Source: Pseudomonadota bacterium | Lineage (GTDB): Bacteria; Bdellovibrionota_B; Oligoflexia; Oligoflexales; CAIMVM01 | Direction: 5' to 3' | DNA length: 56,366 nucleotides | NCBI GenBank assembly: GCA_037142195.1 | Contig: JBAXBA010000013.1 | Coordinates: 1-56,366 of the forward strand | In this document: positions 20,999-30,900 of the stretch, piece by piece | How the letters are laid out: each line of letters opens with the position of its first letter | Numbering within the stretch: the first letter of the stretch is position 1 | Notes under the pieces: generated by a model | Database searches by the model: none | Seen by the model: only the letters and a program-made list of their open reading frames with translations | Told to the model about the DNA's origin: nothing | Program-made: the position numbers and the translations under genes

Positions 20999-21756
20999 AG
21001 AATCTCCCTTGTCTTTCTATTTTACCTCTTCAACGAGATAAAACCACCGGTCTTGGTTTCTAACTCGCTAGCATACTGGCCAAATGCCAGCATTCTCAGG
21101 TCTACACAAATGAACCTTTGCCAGCCTTGGCTAAAATGCCCTTGCCGCCTTTAGCGGGCTCCATTCCGCCAAGCACAGTGAGCTCATAGATAGCGCCAGA
21201 CCTGCAAGCTCCCCTCCCAAGGAATGGCCCCGCGGATTTTGCCCGCAAACTGATGAAATCCCTCAGAAGAGTCCTTTGCCTTTTCATAACCATCTGCCTA
21301 TATGCCATCCGGGTTTTTTACAGTCTTCTTTAGTAACCATGAGCTGCCTTGGAGACAAAAGTAACGTCTTGGCTTCGTCAGGCATCCTCTGTCTCAACTA
21401 AATCCTGCATTCATCCTATCCTATAAATGAAGGCCTCTTCCGTTGACAGGAAGGGAGGCCTATATCTACCTCTTCCCGAAGGACCTCATACTGTCGACAC
21501 TATTAAGAAAAATAGGCCATCCGATGCCCTCTGGATCGCAATTTTAAGCGGGGAAGCCTAAATACCGCCTCGTAAGGTTTTGGCTGCGCCTCAATAATCT
21601 GCAACTATTTTGCGGGATTACATTACGGGTCTAGGAAGGTTTTTTAAACCTTAATACTTTTAGACCCATAGCTTAATCTGATTCTTACTTGCAAAGAGAT
21701 GTCATCCTAGGATATATGTAACTTGGGTGTGTTTAAAAATGTATTGGGGAGAGACT

Positions 21757-22926
21757 ATGTCGACAAGAACGTTAGTTCAGTTGTGCTGTGCATTTCTTTT
21801 AGTTGGATCCCATGGAAATACCGCCTTCGCCTGGGGGCAGGCCGGTCACCAAATCATTGCTAGAACAGCAGTGAAAGTCGCTCAAGATAGATTTAACAAT
21901 CCAGAATTGACGGCAGCTTTTTTGTCAAATGCTGACTCCTTAGCTGCATTAGCTTTGGTTCCTGACAATCAGTGGAAGGGCGGACAGCCTAAAGAAATCG
22001 TTGCAAGTTTAAGTCCTGCGCATTTTCTTGACATTGAATTTATGTCGCCTGATGCTATCGACCTTAATACCCTGCCTTTTAGAATAGGCGATGCTTCAAA
22101 ACTTATTATGAAACTTTGCCCTACATCAGGAATGGCTGATAAGTTAGACTGCAAAGTCGCTGCTCCAACTGATAAAATTCTTTCCGCAACAGGCTCTCTT
22201 CCGTGGCGGATCGGTCAAATGACGGATCTACTGGTACAAAGCTTTAAGAAAGTGAAAGCCCTCCAAGATTCTAATGCGAGTAAAGATCAGATTGTGGAGC
22301 AAGTTAGAGTTTCTTTACTTTACTCAGGAATCTTAGCTCACTTTATTGGCGATATGACGCAACCACTTCATATAACAAAAAACTATGATGGCGGGGACAC
22401 CTCACAAAAAGGAGTCCACGCTTTTTTTGAATCTAAGCTTGTAGATGCTCAGCCCCATGGATTTGATCGCCAGGCCTATGATTATGCTATGAATGCTAAA
22501 CCAGCAACGACCATTTTAAGCCAGGCTGCAGCAGCTACGAATCGCGTTAAAGTGGAAACTTGGATGCCAGTCGAATGGTCTTTTATGCTTTCTGCAGAAT
22601 CCAATTCAAAAATGAAGACGGTACTTGATATGGACCGCAAATTTGCCCTTATGGATCAAGGCAACAATGGAAAGCCAAATGCTAATCAAGGTGGAAAGAA
22701 TTCTGGCCTTGACATGGAAGTAGCACGTCGCTCACCTGATGAAATCGCAGATAAATTCAATGAAATTTTAGTACAAAGAATCGGAATCGCTTCAGATTTC
22801 CTAGCTATGGTTTGGCACAGAGCTTGGGTTCAAGGGGGCTCACCCAATCTTTCCATGTACGCTCCAACTGCTGCGGATATTGGCAAGGTTCAGCCGATTC
22901 TTCTGGATTATTCTAACTTTTTGTAG
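21757..22926 (+). CDS. Secreted S1/P1-family zinc nuclease
   Basis: Signal peptide ending AFA then W-G-x2-G-H mature N-terminus, HFLD, HFIGDMTQPLH, HAFFES. Confidence 0.8.
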   Translation: MSTRTLVQLCCAFLLVGSHGNTAFAWGQAGHQIIARTAVKVAQDRFNNPELTAAFLSNADSLAALALVPDNQWKGGQPKEIVASLSPAHFLDIEFMSPDAIDLNTLPFRIGDASKLIMKLCPTSGMADKLDCKVAAPTDKILSATGSLPWRIGQMTDLLVQSFKKVKALQDSNASKDQIVEQVRVSLLYSGILAHFIGDMTQPLHITKNYDGGDTSQKGVHAFFESKLVDAQPHGFDRQAYDYAMNAKPATTILSQAAAATNRVKVETWMPVEWSFMLSAESNSKMKTVLDMDRKFALMDQGNNGKPNANQGGKNSGLDMEVARRSPDEIADKFNEILVQRIGIASDFLAMVWHRAWVQGGSPNLSMYAPTAADIGKVQPILLDYSNFL

Positions 22927-22957
22927 AAATTAAAACTCAAAGCCAAGTTCTACTTTG

Positions 22958-22982
22958 AGAGCCCCTATGGGGGCTCTTTTTT
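22958..22982 (+). terminator. Intrinsic terminator
   Basis: agagcccc-tatg-ggggctct followed by T-run. Confidence 0.85.
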
Positions 22983-23126
22983 ATCAATAAAACAATAGAT
23001 ATGCCTAAGAAAGCTTTCCCAAGGAAATCCGACGCAAAAGGATTCCCGTTTAAAATGAATTCACGTTCCAAAGTGCTTTTCCTATGTGAACTTATATGCT
23101 AGAAATAACGCCACTTTGGATCGTAT

Positions 23127-24473
23127 ATGACGCTGACTGAATTAAATGAAGTTGAAGTAAGCCCTCCCCTATCCCTTCATTGGCATGGTGGGTCTGGATA
23201 CCTGCATGGAATTTCCACCACGAAACTGATTCTTGAAGGTCAAATACCTAAAGGGACAGCGGGACTATCTGTGCAATGCGGTGGCAAACAAATCCCCATA
23301 GACTTAAGCCTTGCCAACATTTCCCCGGAAGGACGGCGCGTCAAGATCGAATTCCCTCAGACCTCCTCAGATTTAGAAGCGCTATTGGCTTTGTTAAGAA
23401 AAGAGCAACACATCGATCTTTGCCGCAAAGTTGATGTGGAATCGGAAGCAAAAAGAAACGGGTTTGAATCCCTTTATTTTAAGCCCACTTCCCTCCCGAG
23501 TTTTGATTTCCATGAAATCTCTCTTGAAACCACATTTTTAGGTCGTAAATTTTCGCTACCATTTCTCATTACCGGCATGACCGGCGGCATTATGCGCGGC
23601 ACCGAAATCAATCGTCGACTCGCCCGAACCGCCGCAGAACTCAATATCCCCATGGGAGTAGGGAGTCAGAGAATCGCTCTCGAGCATCCCGAACATGCTG
23701 ATGTCTTTAATGTCAAGCGCCATGCTCCTAGCCTTTTTTTAATAGGTAACCTAGGCATCTCTCAACTCCTTAGAGGCTCACTTGACGATGCTTTGAGAGC
23801 AGTTGAAATGATTCAAGCTGATGCCTTAGCTATCCATATCAATCTGGTTCAAGAAGCCATTCAACCAGAAGGCGATCGTTTGCTGGCTGGAGCCCTGAAT
23901 CGTATCCTAGAGATTAAAAAACGACTGGGAGTTCCCGTCATTGTGAAGGAAGTCGGCTCGGGACTTGATCCTATTACAGCTAAAGAACTCATTTTAGGGG
24001 GTGTGCGAGCCCTAGATGTGGGTGGCAGTGGGGGCACATCATGGGGATGGATTGAAAGTCTTCGCGGTAAATCTAGGCTTATGAAAGAATTGGGGCATGA
24101 GTTTAGAGACTGGGGAATTCCTACAGCAAACGCATTAGCTGCCATTAGGCTTATGGATTCCCATGTGGAACTGATTGCTACCGGTGGGATGCGCGGTGGA
24201 ATGATGGCAGCCAAGGCGCTATCTTTAGGCGCCAATATGGTAGGAGTAGGATTGCCGCTATTCAAATCGGCGTTGGAATCGGAAGCTTCCGCGTTAGATC
24301 TACTCCATCGTTGGGCAGAATCACTTAGTCGCGTTCTTTGGGCAACCAACTCTAAGTCGATCCCCGAATTGAAAGGAAAACTTTCCTTGGGTCCGCCGTA
24401 TGCAAATGCGTTGTCTAGTCTTATCAATCAATCTCCTGTTGATTTACCAATAATGGATACCTATGAGCGATAA
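23127..24473 (+). CDS. fni: Type 2 isopentenyl-diphosphate isomerase with ~90-aa N-terminal extension
   Basis: RKEQHI, ITGMTGG, MGVGSQR, HINLVQEAIQPEGD, VKEVGSG, GGSGGTSW, WGIPTA. Confidence 0.93.
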   Translation: MTLTELNEVEVSPPLSLHWHGGSGYLHGISTTKLILEGQIPKGTAGLSVQCGGKQIPIDLSLANISPEGRRVKIEFPQTSSDLEALLALLRKEQHIDLCRKVDVESEAKRNGFESLYFKPTSLPSFDFHEISLETTFLGRKFSLPFLITGMTGGIMRGTEINRRLARTAAELNIPMGVGSQRIALEHPEHADVFNVKRHAPSLFLIGNLGISQLLRGSLDDALRAVEMIQADALAIHINLVQEAIQPEGDRLLAGALNRILEIKKRLGVPVIVKEVGSGLDPITAKELILGGVRALDVGGSGGTSWGWIESLRGKSRLMKELGHEFRDWGIPTANALAAIRLMDSHVELIATGGMRGGMMAAKALSLGANMVGVGLPLFKSALESEASALDLLHRWAESLSRVLWATNSKSIPELKGKLSLGPPYANALSSLINQSPVDLPIMDTYER

Positions 24474-25701
24474 ACCAATGAATCACGAAACCTATTGGGG
24501 CCTAGAAAAAACGTCCCGACTTCCGGGATTTCACTCCTTACCTATTGGCGAACGAGCCCAGGCTACGGGACTTTTTGCAAAGTTCGATCAAGAAGATCTA
24601 GCAGTGATTCAAAGTTTTGGCGCTATTTCCAAAGAATTGACCGACACATTCATAGAAAATGCTGTGGGAACGTTTTCCTTACCCTTAGGAATTGCGACTA
24701 ACTTTTTAATCAACGGAAAAGACTACCTCATTCCTATGGCTGTAGAAGAGTCTAGTGTGGTAGCTGCTGCTAGCCATGGAGCAAAGTTTGCTCGCGTAGG
24801 TGGTGGATTTAAATGTAGCAGCACAGAACCCATTATGACCGGCCAACTTCAATTGAAGCTCGAGCATATGCGCCCTGAATATAAAGCCGAAATCCAAGAA
24901 CTCTTAATTGCGGCAAAGCCTGATCTCATAGAATTTGCCAATCGCGGTTTAGAGAGATTGATCGAGCGTGGCGGGGGAGTTAAAGATATCGAGTGGCGAG
25001 CACTTCCTGAACTTGATCAGATGATCATCCATATTTCCATTGATACTCGGGATGCAATGGGTGCTAACATTGTCAATACCGTATGTGAAAAACTAGCGAA
25101 GGTGATTGGCAAACTCATCCCTGGCGTCGAGACGGGCCTGAGAATTTTGACAAACCTCACCATACACCGCAGAGCTCGCGCGGAATGTGTTATACCAGCA
25201 TGCGCTTTTGAGCGCCCAGAGTATCGTGGGGAGCAAGTCACAAAAGGCATTCGAGAAGCTTGGCTTTTTGCAAAACATGATATTTATCGAGCTACCACCA
25301 ATAATAAAGGCGTCATGAACGGCATCGATCCCGTAGTCATTGCTACGGGCAACGATTGGCGTGCTACCGAGGCCGGTTGCCATGCGTGGGCCGCACGCAA
25401 TGGTTCCTATGAACCCTTAGCCGAATGGTCTTTAGACTCTGAGCAAAATCTCAAGGGCGTCTTAGAAGTGCCCATGGCCGTAGGCACGGTTGGCGGAGTT
25501 ACGCGCCTTCATCCCACTGCTCGTGCCTCACTCAAAATACTAGGATTTCCCAACGCAAAAGAACTTTCTGAAATTATCGTTGCGGTCGGACTCGCCCAGA
25601 ATCTTTCGGCGCTTCGTGCCCTGGCCTGTGAAGGAATCCAAAAAGGGCATATGGATCTTCATTCCAAAAATCTGCAGTTACTTAGAAAGAATCATATATG
25701 A
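24463..25701 (+). CDS. mvaA: Class II HMG-CoA reductase
   Basis: IENAVG, EESSVVAAAS, DAMGANIVN, NKGVMNGID, GNDWRA, GIQKGHM. Confidence 0.95.
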   Translation: MSDKPMNHETYWGLEKTSRLPGFHSLPIGERAQATGLFAKFDQEDLAVIQSFGAISKELTDTFIENAVGTFSLPLGIATNFLINGKDYLIPMAVEESSVVAAASHGAKFARVGGGFKCSSTEPIMTGQLQLKLEHMRPEYKAEIQELLIAAKPDLIEFANRGLERLIERGGGVKDIEWRALPELDQMIIHISIDTRDAMGANIVNTVCEKLAKVIGKLIPGVETGLRILTNLTIHRRARAECVIPACAFERPEYRGEQVTKGIREAWLFAKHDIYRATTNNKGVMNGIDPVVIATGNDWRATEAGCHAWAARNGSYEPLAEWSLDSEQNLKGVLEVPMAVGTVGGVTRLHPTARASLKILGFPNAKELSEIIVAVGLAQNLSALRALACEGIQKGHMDLHSKNLQLLRKNHI

Positions 25702-26624
25702 CCGTGGCTTCCTCACCCGGCAAGATTATGCTTTCAGGAGAATATGCCGTATTAAATGGTGGACGTGCGCTTGCACACACCCTTAATAAAAGACTAGCGG
25801 TGGAAGTTCTTCAAAGTACAAAGGAGACTTCCATCATCTCGGATCTCTGGGCAAAAAAAAAATATTATCGCGAAGACGACCCCGACTTCATCTGTCAAAG
25901 TTTAAAATATTTTGAATCCGTTTTTGGCAAACTGCCTCCCTTAGAAATCAAGATAAATTCCGATATAGAAATCAACTATGGGATAGGCTCTTCTTCCGCG
26001 TTGAGGCTCAGCCTTTTTGCGGCCTTGCAAAAGCACCTAAATCTAGATTGTTCTATGTTAGATATCGCTCAGCTCGCCTACAAAGATCAAAAAAGAGCGC
26101 AAGGCCAAGCCTCAGGTTATGACACCTTAACTCAAGCATTGGGGGGACTTGTCGAAATGACCATCGATGAGGACATTTGGCCCAAATCCTCGAAACAGAC
26201 TAAAAGCTGCCACCTAGAGCGCATTCAAATGCTGGTTGGCGGCAAAGGTGCTCCCACGCGCGAAACCCTTGAATCCGTTTCTCAATGGCTCACTAGCAAC
26301 AGGGATTCCCATAGTTTACAGGCCGTTTCAGAAGATCTTACCGATGCTTGGCTTGGAAGCGATTTCCCTATTCTTTTAGAAAAAATAGAAGCCCATAGAC
26401 TTTTTTTTGATGGGGCTCCCAGGTTTCCTCGGGAACTTAGTCAGGCGCTAAAACCCCATCAGAATCTCAGCCAATGGAGCTGGAAACTCACGGGGGCTGG
26501 TGGCGAAGATGCTCTAATAGTGGTTGGAAATATCCCAACTGAGGCTCGCTTGGTGTTTCAAAATTTTGGCTGGCGTAGAGCAGACTTTACGTTTTCTGGG
26601 GAAGGATTAAAATATGGCCTTTGA
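25698..26624 (+). CDS. GHMP kinase, probable phosphomevalonate kinase
   Basis: PGKIMLSGEYAVL, GIGSSSA, SGYD, TGAGGED; ATGA overlap with mvaA. Confidence 0.75.
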   Translation: MTVASSPGKIMLSGEYAVLNGGRALAHTLNKRLAVEVLQSTKETSIISDLWAKKKYYREDDPDFICQSLKYFESVFGKLPPLEIKINSDIEINYGIGSSSALRLSLFAALQKHLNLDCSMLDIAQLAYKDQKRAQGQASGYDTLTQALGGLVEMTIDEDIWPKSSKQTKSCHLERIQMLVGGKGAPTRETLESVSQWLTSNRDSHSLQAVSEDLTDAWLGSDFPILLEKIEAHRLFFDGAPRFPRELSQALKPHQNLSQWSWKLTGAGGEDALIVVGNIPTEARLVFQNFGWRRADFTFSGEGLKYGL

Positions 26625-27606
26625 AATTGAAGTCCAAGCACCATCCAACATCGCTTTTTTAAAGTATTGGGGCAAGTCTGACCCTTTAACGCAGTGGCCA
26701 GCTGGAAACTCGCTTTCCATGACTTTGAAACACGCAAAGACCGTAACTAAAGCTTCCCTTTCAGAGACGGATCAAGTTTTATTTGATGGAACTATTTCTA
26801 GTGATAGAAAAATATTTAAAGCTTTAGATTTGCTCCGGGAGCAAACAGGTTTAAAAAGCAGAATTACCATCGACACTTATAATACGTTTCCAAAGTCGTG
26901 CGGAATTGCTTCGTCAGCATCAGGCATGGCCGCCCTAACAATTGCAAGCATAGCCTGTTGGACCGGATCTCGAAGTTTTGAGGAGCTCGAAAGAAACGGC
27001 TATTCCAAAACGAGACTCTCCCATTTGGCGAGACTTTGTTCGGGAAGCGCCGGACGAAGTCTTTTCGGGGGCTACGTAGAATGGCTAAAAGGTGACACTT
27101 CGGAGCAACAAATCATCTCCCCAAAGTTTTCTGCGAACCATTGGCCCTTAGCAAACCTGATTCTAATAGTAAGTGACAAGACCAAAGCAATCTCCTCCAC
27201 GGAAGCTCATGCAGCTGCATGGACTTCGCCCCTGTTTCGTCCAAGACTATCTGTCCTTCAGGAACGTCAATCAGCCATGCTTGCGGCCATCAAAGAAAAA
27301 GATCTCCTGCGACTTGGCCCCTTAATAGAAGCTGATGCCCTTGAGATGCATTCCATTATTATGACGGCTACTCCTTCCGTTAGCTATCTCAGCGAAGAGA
27401 CTCTAAACCTCGTTTCTTGGATTCGTCGTGAACGCCAAAAGGGATCGTTTAAGGCATGGTTTACCATCGATGCAGGGCCTAACGTCCATTTGATTGCAGA
27501 GCCTCAAGATCTACCTAACGCTAAAACCTCTCTCTCAAAAGCATTCCCGACTTTGACGATGTTTCAAGATGAAGTTGGAGATGGGCCCCAAATCCAGATG
27601 CTTTAG
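26614..27606 (+). CDS. mvaD: Diphosphomevalonate decarboxylase
   Basis: APSNIAFLKYWGK, GIASSASG, SGSAGRSLFGG, FTIDAGPNVH. Confidence 0.96.
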   Translation: MAFEIEVQAPSNIAFLKYWGKSDPLTQWPAGNSLSMTLKHAKTVTKASLSETDQVLFDGTISSDRKIFKALDLLREQTGLKSRITIDTYNTFPKSCGIASSASGMAALTIASIACWTGSRSFEELERNGYSKTRLSHLARLCSGSAGRSLFGGYVEWLKGDTSEQQIISPKFSANHWPLANLILIVSDKTKAISSTEAHAAAWTSPLFRPRLSVLQERQSAMLAAIKEKDLLRLGPLIEADALEMHSIIMTATPSVSYLSEETLNLVSWIRRERQKGSFKAWFTIDAGPNVHLIAEPQDLPNAKTSLSKAFPTLTMFQDEVGDGPQIQML

Positions 27607-27857
27607 GAGAAAATCCTTGGTAGAAGTAACTATCGAAAAACCTCGGAGTAAATCCCTTCGAGCCCCTGGTAAGAATTAAGTAATAATCATTTTCAAATTC
27701 TTTACGTAGAAGCTGCTACATAGATACACCCAGTTTTAGCGCAATAAATAGAATCCCTCATTGCGCTGCAAGTGTCTGTTTACACAAATAATTGTCCTTC
27801 CTTGTAGGAGCCACCTACGGAGTTTTGAAGATGACAAAAAATATTTAAAAAAAACTA

Positions 27858-27884
27858 TAAATTTGCATCCATAGCTCCCGATAG
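27858..27884 (+). promoter_or_regulatory. Putative sigma-28 (FliA) promoter
   Basis: TAAATTTG-N11-CCCGATAG versus consensus TAAAGTTT-N11-GCCGATAA, 33 nt before the start codon. Confidence 0.55.
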
Positions 27885-27917
27885 TCCTTATAGGAATTTA
27901 AGTTGGGAGGATACTCG

Positions 27918-30900
27918 ATGACAAGCAAAACTATTTGGCTTTCTATTCTGATCGCATCAGGATGTAGTTTTCAAGGAACATCTCAACTTAGTAAAACAAG
28001 CAAACTCTCACTTGCTGGTCTCACCAACCTGTCGGATTCTAAAAAGATTTCCTTGGCGGGCGACTTGATGATTGAAAGTCTCAAAGACGACCTTTTTGCC
28101 CAAGGATTTAACCTGGCCCAAGTCAAAGGTATTGTGTCTTCTGCAAAGACAGAGGTTTCTCTTTCTGCTTCATTGGCTATAGAATCATCAAATTTAACCT
28201 TAGCAGCCGCATCTAACAACCCCTATGCAATTGCAACTTCAGCAGTTACGAAAGGAGCTTTAGCTAACAGACTCTCCACGTCATTTGAGAGCGACTCTCT
28301 TTCCTTTGGCCTAAATGGCTCTGCAGACGTTCAATATAAATTGAAAAAATTGAAAGCGATAGCTGGTGGCACCATGAAAGCCATAGGCAAACTTAAAGAA
28401 TCCATGTCGCCTTCAACAGAAGAACTCATTGATGCCACCTCTGAGGTTTCCGCACAGGCAGCAAGCTCCATCTCAACATCAGGAATTCCGCTAGAAATGA
28501 TAGGAGCTGCCACAAGTATCATTGCTAAATCCACTCTAGAAAATATAGCGGCAGCAGGTCTTTCTGAATCGACTGCTGACGTTATTAAAAGTCTTACCAA
28601 AGGAACCATGACCGGCATTTCCCAAATATTTCAAAACAGTGACATCGCACAAACAGCCGGGGATGTTTCAAGTTCCTTTATCACAGCTATTTCCCAAGTG
28701 ACATTTCATAGTTCCATAGCGGTAAAAGATCTCATTGGATCTGTTTCCGAAGGAGCCGTTGCAAGCTTAAATGAAATGTCCCATGTGGAAGTTTCTGAAA
28801 TGTCTTCGATCATCAATCAAATTCAAGCAAGTTCTTTTGAAGCGATTTCCCAAAACTATTCCGGTGACATAGCGGCAGAAATGTATGTTGCTGTTTCCGC
28901 AGGTACCGTCGAAGGATTGAACCAAGTATCCATGATGGCCGAAGAATCACAAGCAATGGCGACCATCTATCAGGACACAATTGCGTCAACCACGGCTTCG
29001 ATTAGCAAAGACTTAGGAGTCGATGCAACAAAATATACGGTTTCGATTCAAAAAACAGTAGCGGATTCAGGATCGACATCTGCCGTTCAGGTGTTCAATG
29101 ACCCTTGCGCTAAAGCCGACAAACCCAAAGCCTGTAGCTTTAACTACTGTAACGCTATGACCTATTCTACGACACTTGGAGCGCAGTCGAGTTCGTTGGA
29201 TTTCTATGCTGCGAGCGTAGCCATAGGCCCCGAGTTTCAAGACCAACTTGGTAGCAAAAGTTGCCGAATCCCCTCAACGCTGTCAGTTTGCCCAACCTCC
29301 AGCCAAATGTCTGGAGGAAATCTGGCATGGGCGTATACGTCGGATACCGTTCCATACTGTACTCCAACCTTTACCCCAGCGCCGACTAATATAAATAAAG
29401 AAAGAGTCTCTTTTTACTTAAATTATGATCCTTCCGATTCCTATTATTTTGTAAATAACAGCATCTATCTCTACATCACGCCCAATGGCGTCACGCAAAA
29501 CACTCAAACCCGAGTGTCATTTTTAAGAGGTTGCGGCGGTGCTAGCCAAGAAGTTCTAAAGAAAGATTGGGACTCGCAAATGATAGTTCAGCCTGTTCTT
29601 GATGCAACTGATGTCAATCAGTGTTTAAAATTAAAGATATCCATTCGTAACAATGATGGCGTAAACGATACAGGTTCTCCAGAAAATGGAGATTTCTACC
29701 GTGTCTATCCGCTTTATGTAAATGACCCCTACGACTACACTTACGGCTATATCAATTCGGTTAATTTCCTATCTGGATCTGCCTACTATGGAAATCTAGA
29801 TGGACGTTTCCAAGAACGAATTTTAGTTGCTGGAACCACACTAAACATAGAGGCCAACACCTCAAATGTGAATGAAGATGTGATGTTTGAAATGGTTTCT
29901 GAATGCGACAACACCGAAACGCTGCTTTTAAGTTCAAATATGTATCTTTCCTCTAATCCCAATGCAAGCAGTGGATCCACAGTTTCATGGTCTGCCACCA
30001 TCCCTGATGTTCCTAACAACAATTGCCCAAGCTATTTATATAGCTATCTAAAAGACAAGACTTCCATCATGCGTGGTGAGAAGGGCGAGCGCGCCAGAAG
30101 AAAGCAACCCATTTTTATAGTAAATCCTGGCAAAATCCCCCCTCGCATTATTAAAATGGTGGTCGGTGAGGTAAGTACAACCCAAATGGACTATCCCGTC
30201 GACATCCTCAGAGTAGGAAAATCTGTAACCGTTACTGCTCTTGGATACGACATTGAAAACGTAGATACAGCTCCTGTTACCTCAAACTTAGAATATAAAT
30301 TTGAAAAAGAAAATCGCTGCAATGGAACCAAAACCATACTTAGAAATTGGGGATCTTCTCGAAGCTTCTCCTTCACCCCCACTGTTCAAGACGTTATGGT
30401 TAGTTCCGCTTCAGGAATTTCAACCTGTGTTTTCTTAGTGGGATCCGTACGTGATGCTGATGGCTTAGAATACATGGGTCAGAATGCAGGTGATTTCAGC
30501 TCAAGAATTTCTACGTTTGTTAGCGATCTCAATATCCCTATAACGGCACCTGTAACTTTAGATGGCTTTGATGATGCTTCCTATTTTCTAACAAATGAAA
30601 ACATCACACTAGACTTATCCGCTATTAAAGCAAAGTATCCAACCATGACCCAGATGAAGCTTTTCTCGAGTAGTACATGCTACTACAATACATCAAGCAG
30701 CAATCTTGAGTTTTATGGAATGCCTTTATCTACGGACTATGTTGACATTACTACATCGTACACGTTTAAATTACCCAGCTATGTTTATGGCTGCATGGGA
30801 GACAATAATCGTTCGACGTCCTTATTTCTAGCTCTGCGCAACGGGGATGGAATCTATGATATTACTAATGGTCGATTAGACTTGCAACATGACATAGACG

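Noticed and set aside
23861..24427. 188-aa antisense ORF in fni, and similar shadow ORFs such as 13654-14160 and 33686-34105
   Set aside because: Lie within well-supported genes, with no motifs or RBS
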